This document shows, piece by piece, positions 39,270-50,084 of a stretch of 64,000 nucleotides of DNA. This DNA comes from Octopus vulgaris (Eukaryota), in assembly GCA_951406725.2 (NCBI GenBank), contig OX597819.1, positions 135,284,001 through 135,348,000 of the forward strand. The letters run 5' to 3'. The notes under the pieces were generated by a model, which worked only from the letters and a program-made list of their open reading frames with translations, ran no database searches and had not been told where the DNA came from. Both the position numbers and the translations under genes were made by a program. How positions within the stretch are numbered: the first letter of the stretch is position 1; each line of letters starts with the position of its first letter.

Positions 39270-39921
39270 TTATAATAAAGGGTTAATTGCAACAAATTGC
39301 TCAAAACCACATACCGAAAATATTAGAAATAGCAGCCAAATAGATCACTATTTCTCCTACTAATAAAAGAGTCTCCACAAACAAACAGAATTTGTAACTC
39401 GTATATGGTAAATAGAAAGAAAATAATGAAATCCTAGCCTATGGATTAATTACAGGCGAATTGTTTCTGTATTAGAACCGAAGGTTCATTTCCTTGTTAA
39501 TATTATATTTCTTATAAATCTAGAAATGCTAGGAAAAAAAAACACCCATTACACCGGCTCAATCAAGCGACATCGAACGATCTAACGGACTGCTAGCATC
39601 TCTACATTTATATAGACAGGCGAATTCGTATCTCCCTCCAAAATTTTTTCGTAGCATTTCTAGATTTATAGGAAATATTATATTGACAAGGAAATGAACC
39701 TTCGGTTCTAATCCAGAAGCGATTCGCCTATAATTAATCGATAGGCTGAGATTTCGTTATTTTCTTTCTGTTTACCCTATACGGGTTACAAATACTGTTT
39801 TTTTTTTGGAGACTTTTTTTTAGTAGGAGAAATAGTAATCTATTTGGCTGCTATTCCTAATATTTTCGGTATGTGGTTTTGAGCAACTTGTTGCAATTAA
39901 CCCTTTATTATAATTAATATA
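39263..39921. repeat. Long imperfect inverted repeat (about 280-bp arms, about 100-bp spacer)
   Basis: 39263-39540 is the reverse complement of 39645-39921; (TA)n on both sides. Confidence 0.9.
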
Positions 39922-40011
39922 ATTCTTACCAAATATGGTCTTTTCCATACCGAAAAATCTACTAGGTGATATTTATTGATTTTATTAAATTAATTATATT
40001 TCACCCTTTTT

Positions 40012-40068
<57 letters not shown>

Positions 40069-40103
40069 GTATGTATATATATGTATATACACATATATAT
40101 ATA

Positions 40104-40148
<45 letters not shown>

Positions 40149-40670
40149 ATATATATATATGTATATATATGTGTGTGTGTATATACATATATATGTGTGT
40201 ATATATCTATGTATGTATGTATCCATGTATGTACACTCATTGTATGTGTTTGTAGTGATTTTCTCAGGATAGCTCACATGGACATGACTGGGTGGGACAG
40301 AGAAGACAGAGGAACAATCTGTTGGTAGACAGATAAATTCCATCACTTCACTATTTACTTCTACATTTTCTCTTTGGTCCCAAATCTTTAAAATAGGGAA
40401 TTGAGAGGGGTGGGTGGGGATTTTAAGAGAGGTATAAAAGTCAACACAACCAATCATTTGAATGTAATCAAAATAGTGTCCTTTCTTTTAATTATCTTAA
40501 CATCTGCATATTGTTTATTGTTCTTCTTACTGCTGTTGTGTAACCTTTCATTAAGCCTCTAAAGCAGTATAATGTATCAGTCGAATTAAAACAATATAAA
40601 CATATAAACACGGTTATATACAAAACAGAAAATGTAATGGTTTATCTTGTCATTGCCAGTGAATACTTAC

Positions 40671-40849
40671 GGCGTTGGTCGGAATAACGTCTTTAACGTC
40701 TTTTTAAATTTTTCCTTTTCTATTAGGTCCAATGGTGTTCTGCCACTTTTGTTTTTACAGTAAAAGTTGGCCCCGTGGTGGGCTAGGTAGCTAGCAACCA
40801 CCACACCAGAGTACCTTTCTTTCTTTCCCAGTTTCAGACCTTTGCAGTA
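40671..40849 (-). CDS. Host gene exon: last ankyrin repeat
   Basis: ttgtag|TAC...CC|gtaagt; YCKG...VVVASYLAHHGANFYCKNKSGRTPLDLI. Confidence 0.85.
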
Positions 40850-42151
40850 CTACAAATGATGAAATATAAAATGATGAGTTAAAGATTACACAAACATATA
40901 CTAAAGATCCCCCAAATTACACAACAGTTCAACTACATTTACACATAGTTTGTTTCTCCAGTGATTAAAGTATTTACACAGCGTTGATTTCTTACATCAT
41001 CTCTTAGTTGAGTCCACTTTTCATTATCATTTGTTTTACTTTACGTTCTACATTAAGACAAAAATTATGATCATTATATTGAACAAAACACACATTAGTG
41101 GTCAACGTTATTGCTTAACAATGATATTTAATGAGTAAATATTTACTTGCCAATCACAAATATCACAAACTATTCAATAAAAACACAATATAAAGTTATT
41201 ATAACATCAAGTCAAATATACAAAATATAAGGAAAGAAATGTCACAATAATGAAAGACAACAAACCAACAAGAACCTATCTCTACAACTGGCTTGATAAA
41301 GCCAAATGGCCACAGCAAGAGAAATACTTACGGAAGAGTATTGTATATATAAATATAACAACCCAAATAATGTAAGTTATACCAGAAAAGAGAAGACCAA
41401 CAACATAACAAGGCCCTCAAGCATAACAACCAAATCAAAAACACACAGACATATCTAAACAGATCAATAATGTTTCCATAATTAAGTGGATTTGAAAGAA
41501 AAAACTGGATATATAAGGCATCGGATGTTGTGTGCGAGAGAGAAGACTGCGATGGTATTATTATGTAAGGCATATGCCTGAAGACAGCTGCATCAAGAAG
41601 TGCAGATTTTTAATTGTGGAAGGAAAGTGCGGAAGGGGTGGACGCAGGAAGACGTGTGATTAAGTGGTGAGAAAGGACCGTTAGACGTTGGGCCTCACAG
41701 AGCAGATGACAAAGGACTGAGTCATAGAAAGCATACGGAAACAGACATGGAGCCCCGATAGCTCCTCAGCTGGCCAGTTCCTGTCAAAGAGTGCAACGTC
41801 TGCCAGCATGGAAAAACATGATGATGATGAATTAATAAAAGAATATGTTTTGATGATGAATGTGACGAAAGAGAAGAACGAACTGGTGTCACGATTGAGT
41901 ATGTGCACCAACACATTATAGTTGATAAACTGTTCAAACTGTTTGTCGGATGGAAAATTCCAGTTGGTGGAGAGGTCACTGGTTTCTCACACCAAAGTAG
42001 ACATTACTACAATACACAGATATTCATCAACTGTTTGAAAAAATAGTCCCACATTTCAAGTGTCCTTTATTTATACGGGTAGCAGGGAGTTGCTTGAATT
42101 CTGCAACAGTTAACAATAATGATGTATAGATGTGTGTGCCTTTGCATGATT

Positions 42152-42203
<52 letters not shown>

Positions 42204-42241
42204 GTTTCAGCTCAGAGCTGCGGCCATGGTGACGCACCGCC

Positions 42242-42291
<50 letters not shown>

Positions 42292-42548
42292 GAAACGGTA
42301 TATCGTATAAGAAATTACAGGGTAAATGTTTTTTTAAATTTTCTCCTGGTTTACAGAATTAACTTTTATTTGCGGTTGAAGCTTTGGCTGTTATTTCTAG
42401 TGGGTGAATGGCCTATTATGGCCGTTCCTTAATTGTTGATGTTGAACTTAAAAATGGTCTATGACTATTTAATTTTTTCCTACTAGGCCGCTGGTGGCAA
42501 AAGAATTCTACAAAATTTTTTTTTTTGCCACCCTATATTGATTAATTA

Positions 42549-42599
<51 letters not shown>

Positions 42600-42669
42600 T
42601 ATAATATATATATATATATATCATATTATATATATATATCATATATTATACATATAACATATATATATT

Positions 42670-44520
42670 ATATGATGGCAATCCCTCAAGGTCGAGGATG
42701 AAGGTCTTTTCGCAAATTTACTGGTGAGTCCGTAGGTGACCGATAAGGCCAATTCTTGCTTGAAAAGATCGGTCATCTAGTGCTGGAAGGGAGAGTCGCA
42801 CGTGGTTGTTGTTGGCGCTCCTTCCATCGTCGTCTTTTCTCCTCCAGCTCTGCAGACCTTTTCGACTCGAAAGTCGCCGTACCCTTATGGATGGTGGTTT
42901 TCCAGAGTGGTCTGTTTTTGCCGTTTCCTCCCAGTTAGTGAAGTCGATGTCACACTTTTTGAGGTTCGTTTTCAGGGAGTCCTTGTAGCGTTTCATCTGG
43001 CCTACTTTTGTACGGTTGCCGTCTTTGAGTTGGGAGTAGAAGATCTGTTTGGGAAGTCGTTCGTCAGTCATTCTAACCACGTGGCCGCTCCATCTTAGTT
43101 GGCCTTTGATGACATAGGCTTCGATGCTGGTCGTTTTTGCTTCTTGTAGCACGCTGACGTTAGTTCTTCTGTCTTCCCAGCTGATGTTAAGGATCTTCCG
43201 AAGACAGCGTTGGTGAAATTTCTCGAGCGTTTTCAGGTGGTGACTATACGGGGTCCAGGTTTCGGATGCGTAAAGGAGGGTTGGAATAATGACTGCCCTG
43301 TACACCATGAGTTTGGTTTCGGTTCGGATGTCCCGATCAGCAAAAACTCTTGTTCGAAGCTTGCCGAAAGCTGTTCCTGCACACCTCAGACGGTGTTGGA
43401 TTTCATCGCTGAGGTCTACCTTTGCTGACAAGATGGGTCCCAAGGTAGCAGAAATGGTTCACATTTTCCAGTGGAATTCCTTCGAGTTGAATCGATGGCG
43501 GGTTGTCAACACGGGCATTGGGAGGAGGTTGGTAGAGTAAGTGAGTCTTCTTGATGTTGATGCTCAGTCCAAGTTTAGTATATGTATGATGAAAAGCATT
43601 TAGGATCTGTTGGAGGTGATCCTCTCCGTAAGCTGCTACGCTGTTATCGTCGGCATATTGGAACTCTAGCAAGCTTCGCGCCATTGTCTTTGACGTACTT
43701 TTGAGGCGAGGGAGCTTGCCATCCATTCTGTACGAGATCTCGATGCCAGGTGGAAGGTCATCTCGTATGATGTGCAACACTGTCGCGATAAAGATGGTAA
43801 AGAGAGTTGGCGCTATCACGCAGCCTTGCTTCACTCCGGAGGTGACTTTAAAGGGCTCAGAACTGCCTCCGTCGGTCTGGACTCTGGCGTACATATTGTC
43901 GTCGAGGAGTTTGAGGATCCGAATGAACTTATCTGGGCATCCATACTGGGCGAGAATATCCCAGAGGAGCTCTCGCGAGACACGATCAAAGGCTTTGGAT
44001 AGGTCGATAAAGGCCAAATAGAGCGGTTGGTGTTGCTCACGACATTTTTCTTGTAGCTGTTGCAGCGTGAAGATCATGTCGGTTGTGCTTCGTGATGGCC
44101 TAAAGCCGGTCTGCGTCTCAGGAAGGATCCTCTCTGACAGCGTTTTGAGGCGGTTGTTCAGGATGCGTGCAAGAATCTTCCCAGCAGTTGCTAATAAGGA
44201 AATACCCCGGTAATTTCCACACTCAGAACGATCGCCCTTTCGTTTGTAAATGGTAATGATGTTAGCATCCCTGAAGTCGGATGGTACAACTTCATTTGTC
44301 CAGATTTTGACCAAGAGGTGGTGGAGCTGGTGTTGGACAAAATCACCTCCCAGTTTGTAGATCTCAGCTGGGATTCTGTCAGGACCCGCGGCTTTGATGT
44401 TCTTCATCACTGTGATAGCAATTTTGACCTCTTCGAGGGATGGAATTCGAGCGAGAGAGTAATCTTTGACCTCTTTAGGAATCATGTCAAGTATGCTTTT
44501 GTCGATGGTAGCCGCACCAT
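42670..44520 (-). mobile_element. RTE-clade LINE, 5'-truncated and frameshifted
   Basis: YRGISLL, FIDLSKAFDRV, GVKQGCV, QYADD, LRWSGHV and GLIGHLRTH motifs. Confidence 0.92.
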
Positions 44521-44897
44521 AAAGGTTATCCTTTATCATGTCACCTGTATCATTATTATTAAGGAATATTTCCTCTCTTCAGGAGGTCACCTCTCCTCTA
44601 CACAGTAATGGCTGTGTTTATATGACCAATGTCCAAGATAGGTTACCTTCATTATGGTGGAGAGGCCATGGCTTTGAGGGTAGCTGGAGATGGAATTTTA
44701 CTAGTTACAAAATATAACCAAGACTACCACGTGAGGGGCTGGGTTACTTAAAAGAAAAGGTTGATGAGTGTGAATTGAGACATGACAGTCAATGTTTGTC
44801 TGTCTGTCTCTCTCGCTCTCTCACTCTCCTTCTTTCAAAACCACACACACACACATACACACGAACACAGATATTCATAAACAATTTCCAAACTTAC

Positions 44898-45107
44898 CTT
44901 ATCTAAAATACTTAAAGGTTCAACCGCGGAATGAAACCCCTCCATCTTCACAGCCAGGTGCAGACAATTGTTGCCTTCATTGTTGACATCATTTACGTCT
45001 GCACCTTTTGCTATCAACTGGTGCACCATTCCGAGGTGGCCCTTAGAGACAGCTAAAAGCAATGGTGTCATTTCCCGATGGTTCTTGATGTCAAGCTGAA
45101 CAGAATC
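44898..45107 (-). CDS. Host gene ankyrin exon
   Basis: aag|GAT...AAG|gtaagt, 70 codons; MTPLLLAVSKGHLGMVHQLIAKGADVN...GNNCLHLAV. Confidence 0.88.
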
Positions 45108-45938
45108 CTTTGTAGAGTTAAAAATAGAAAATGAAAATCTGCATGAAAATTCGGGTAGATATCAATGTGTTATTATTGTCTTCTACTGGGTACTTGACCA
45201 AACTAATCATACACACTTGATGTCTGTCAGTAAAGTGAACCTTCGTAAGGTACCTCCATAACTTCCTTTGAGTGTATATTAGAGACATAATCTAAGTTGT
45301 CATACTATAGTCAGGAATAAAGATTCATGACTATAGTAAGTTTTAGGGGAACTGAACAAGGGTGAAGACATGATTAACAGATCAAGTCTAGTAAAGAAGA
45401 ATTATTCGCTTAATGTTTACTTTTAATGTTGCTATATTAATAAGGGGTTCATAAAACTGCTGAGGCAGTTAGTGTCCACATCCGTAAAATTAATGTACAA
45501 CCGCGCAAGCACACACATCATTTCGACCCTCTTGTACTGGTCCTTTGATGGTGGGATTCTGTACAACGGGTTCTGTTGCATCCTCCGGTGCAGAATGTAT
45601 CACCTCGGATGTCTTGTTCTAAAGAAAATACTTTGCCAATTGTTCTCTGATTCGTTTCGCAGGTTGTTCTGTGCAATGCTATAATCCAAAAACCTACAGT
45701 ATTTAAAGTTAAAATCCAAGTATGATGAACGTGTAAGATGTTAGTAAGTTTTTCACAATCCGCATAAGTTTGTAAACTTTGCCATATTGAAGATTGATAT
45801 GCAGTAAAAAAGTTACTTTGTACTTTATGGTTGGCAACTGGAGTTGCCGTATCTGCCACTAAAGGTTGACCTAACGAATAGCCAGCAGATTACCACTCGT
45901 TTGTGTAATTACTACTTTCGAGGTGCTGGTAGCTATAT

Positions 45939-46033
<95 letters not shown>

Positions 46034-46045
46034 CATATATATATG

Positions 46046-46077
<32 letters not shown>

Positions 46078-46078
<1 letters not shown>

Positions 46079-46378
46079 CACTGTGATCCCCGTGACCGAC
46101 CAGGCTATCAGATGTTGCTACACATCGCTGGTCACAATGCGCTTTGCATTGTTTTAGCCTTCAAATGACGCCACCACGCTGGCTAGGCGAGCAGGCCAAC
46201 AGAAGAAAGAGTGAGAGAAAGTTGTGGCGAAAGAGTACAGCGGTGATCGCCACCACCTGCTGCCGGAGCCTCGTGGAGCTTTAGGTGTTTTCGCTCAATA
46301 AACACTCACAACGCCCGGTCTGGGAATCGACACCGCGATCCTACAATCGCGAGTCCGCTGCCCTAACAACTGGGCCAT
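46078..46378 (-). mobile_element. tRNA-derived SINE
   Basis: Minus head tggcccagttgttagggc...ggtgtcgattcc; tail shared with the fragment at 15662-15730. Confidence 0.7.
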
Positions 46379-47519
46379 TTATAATGGCAGCTAAGGCTGG
46401 GAACCCTTCTTAATGCAAACCCCAAAGCAGAGTGTACTGAATGCTCTGGCACTATCCTTGAGGAGGTTCTCATGTCCTAACCAAAACAAGCCTAAGTTTC
46501 CTATCTACCCTATGACATCTCCATTCATTCATATTCCCTTTTTTGTGACATTAGTCCTAGAGACATGGGCTTCCCCCAGGCTCCTCATTTGTCTAAATTT
46601 GTTCTGGATAACCTGATCAAGAGTGGGTAGAAAGGAGGGTAAATGCGGACGACGGGTCAAGGATGCGAGGCAAGGAAGCAGTAATGCTTCTAGAAAAGTA
46701 ATGTGTGTATGTCAAAATATGGATGATAGTGGCAGGTGCTTGTTTTGTATGTTAAGGGATGAGTAACAAGTGGTGGGTTACTGGAAGAATGATGGTTAGC
46801 GGGGAAGTGAGCGACCGGGGAGAGAGGGAGTGACAATCACAATCAGAGTTATAGAAAGGGAGAGGAGGAGGTAGTTATGTTAGCATGTAAGGGAAGCATG
46901 GGTGACGGATGTCAATGGAAGTGTATGTATACACATAAACACGATTGTGTATATATTTATATACACAAACACACATATAAAGGACATTTTTATAGTTATA
47001 GTAACCAGTAGAAAACAGTAAGAGTAGGTTTAATTACAACAAAACAAATTAATTAGTTATAAACATAGAAACCATTCTTCATATTAGTGACATCAACACA
47101 TTCCTCACTTACCAAATCTCAGCAATTCTTCGTTTTATATTTTTCTACGATGGAAAGAAATAATTGCTTGTTTGCTTCATGTTATTCAACCAGTTATTGT
47201 ATTGCACAGCATTCTATATCAGTTATAATAAGGTGTGTTTCATGTACTGGATGTAGATATATTGTAATCGACATAATGCTAGCTATATACAGTAACTGGT
47301 CACTTTTGGCAGTTGCGCGACAGGGAGAGAAAATAAAAAAGGCTTTTTTCCTCTGTCGAAATTAGCACGTGGTGAAATCTTCTAAATTTATTTCCAGTCG
47401 ACTCTAACAGCAAAAAAGAACCGTTTTTCTTTTCTTTCATTGAAAAACCTCTTCGTATACCTTCTATAAGATAAGTACCCTTATTACATTAATTAATTTA
47501 CCCGTAAATAAAAGTAAGG

Positions 47520-47715
47520 TCTGTTTACATTCTGTAAAAATCTATCGTTAATATACATATATATATCGTTGATTCTATCGTTATTCTGTAATTCTATCGT
47601 TAATATATATATATATATATCGTTAATTCTATCGTTATTCTGTAATTCTATCGTTAATATATATAAATCGTTAATTCTATCGTTGATTCTGTAATTCTAT
47701 CGTAATAATCTATCG

Positions 47716-47776
<61 letters not shown>

Positions 47777-47983
47777 AATTCTATCGTTAATTCTGTAATT
47801 CTATCGTAATAATCTATCGTTAATATATATATATATCGTTAATTCTATCGTTAATTCTGTAATTCTATCGTAATAATCTATCGTTAATATACATATATAT
47901 ATCGTTTATTTCTATCGTTAATTCTGTAATTCTATCGTAATAATCTATCGTTAATTCTGTAATTCTATCGTAATAATCTATCG

Positions 47984-48030
<47 letters not shown>

Positions 48031-48075
48031 TTAATTCTATCGTTGATTCTGTAATTCTATCGTAATAATCTATCG

Positions 48076-48139
<64 letters not shown>

Positions 48140-48315
48140 TTAATTCTATCGTTAATTCTGTAATTCTATCGTAATAATCTATCGTTAATATATATATATA
48201 TCGTTAATTCTATCGTTAATTCTGTAATTCTATCGTAATAATCTATCGTTAATATATATATATATATCGTTAATTCTATCGTTTATTCTGTAATTCTATC
48301 GTAATAATCTATCGT

Positions 48316-48383
<68 letters not shown>

Positions 48384-48480
48384 TAAATTCTATCGTTGAT
48401 TCTGTAATTCTATCGTAGTAATCTATCGTTAATATATATATATCGTTAATTCTATCGTTAATTCTGTTTACATTCTGTTA
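47520..48480. repeat. Minisatellite: about 50-bp atcgttaattctatcgttaattctgtaattctatcgtaataatct units separated by variable (TA)n
   Basis: More than ten copies read directly. Confidence 0.92.
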
Positions 48481-48546
48481 ATTCCGACGGACAGATATAT
48501 ATTTTCTTTTTCTCTGTTTACATTCTGTAATAATCTCTTGGCTTGT

Positions 48547-48577
<31 letters not shown>

Positions 48578-49193
48578 GTGTGTATGTATGTATATGTGTG
48601 TGTGTATACATATGTATATGTGTGTGTGAAATTAGTTTCGTTTAGAAATTGTCTGTAATAATCTCTTGGCTTCTGTTTTTTAGCTCTTTTTTTCTTTATA
48701 TACCTATTTGTTATTCTTGTCTATATATGTGCACACGTGTGTATATGTGTCTATGTATGTACATATATATATGCGTATGCATGTGTGTAAGTGTGTGTAC
48801 AATAAGTTTCGTTTAGGAATTTTCTGCGGACAGATATATATATTCTTTCTCTATTCCTTCCTTCTCTCTCTGTCTCTTCAGTTCTCTCCCTCACGCTTCT
48901 CCTTGTCTCTTCATTACTCTCTTCTTTCTTACTCTCCTCTTTCAGCTCTCAATCTCTCCTCTCTTCTTTCAGCTCTCAATCTCTCTTTAAGTACATAGAC
49001 GCTTTCTCTCTCTCCCTTCAGCTCTCAGTCTCTCCTCTTCCTCTTCTTTCTTACTCTCTTCTTTCGGCTCCCAATCTCTCCTTAAGTACATAGACGCTCT
49101 CTTTCTCAATTTCTTCCCTACCCCCTACTGCGCTATTAGATTAATATAAATTAATATATTTAGATAGATAGATAGATAGATAAAATATCAAGA

Positions 49194-50084
49194 ATGTCCA
49201 GAACTTGGAAAAGTGACGAATTGGCGTTGTTCCTGAGAGGATGGCAATGCGCTGACGGAGAAAATCCGAATAACATAATAACGGCTGCGCTGAAGAGCAG
49301 CGGATACAAAAGGACGTCAGCTCAAATAGAGCGGAAGAAGCAAGAATTTATAAGCTCCTACGCACTTATCAGATCGCACATTAACACGCTGGATGCCATC
49401 TTTGACAGCGAACGAAGCGAACAAAGTAAAGATGGCAAGGATGGAGACGCGGGCGCTGATGAAAAAGGTCACCCCCACCTGGTAGACGCCCAGGAAGAAA
49501 ACTCCAGTGAGAAACCTACCCGGGAAGTATACCCAAGTGCGGGTCCTCCTAGCAGCACCAAAAGCCATGGACATGGAGATGAAAGAACCAAAAAAGGAGG
49601 AAAATCTGAAACTAGAACTCAGGGAAAACCAAAAAACGAAACAGCCAAGGATAGAAGCAAACCTAACTATCCATATACCAAAAAGGATGGAAACAAGCAG
49701 CGCACACGGGTGTGTAGGTTCTACGTGAGAGGTGCCTGCTGGCATGGAGAGGAAGGTGCAGGCTGCCGTTTTGCACATCCGGGACCCTGCCGCAGAAACC
49801 AACCACCGAAAGGAAAAGGGATGGACCACGCACCACCTGCCCCAAAGCGGAGGTACGCAGATGTGGTGCGTACCACAAACCGCCAACGTGTTGTTGAAAG
49901 GGCAGCTGCTGAACAAGAATCTTTTTTGTGCATGGCACAAAAGAATGTACAGCAGCTAACCTGGCTCCATCAAACTCAAGCTCGCAGATGGGACTACCCA
50001 CAGTTCACAAGACCACCACAGCAAATAGACCCAAGGTGGACACCACCGGCAACAGCATACACTTCACCTCGATGCTCCTACTGA
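49194..50084 (+). CDS. LINE ORF1: Myb/SANT(trihelix)-like domain + disordered linker + CCCH zinc finger
   Basis: TWKSDELALFLRGW...IITAALKSSGYKRTSAQIERKKQEFISSY; [22 protein letters not shown]. Confidence 0.75.
   Translation: MSRTWKSDELALFLRGWQCADGENPNNIITAALKSSGYKRTSAQIERKKQEFISSYALIRSHINTLDAIFDSERSEQSKDGKDGDAGADEKGHPHLVDAQEENSSEKPTREVYPSAGPPSSTKSHGHGDERTKKGGKSETRTQGKPKNETAKDRSKPNYPYTKKDGNKQRTRVCRFYVRGACWHGEEGAGCRFAHPGPCRRNQPPKGKGMDHAPPAPKRRYADVVRTTNRQRVVERAAAEQESFLCMAQKNVQQLTWLHQTQARRWDYPQFTRPPQQIDPRWTPPATAYTSPRCSY

Noticed and set aside
47520-48480. CRISPR array
   Set aside because: Spacers are only (TA)n, the context is eukaryotic and there are no cas genes.
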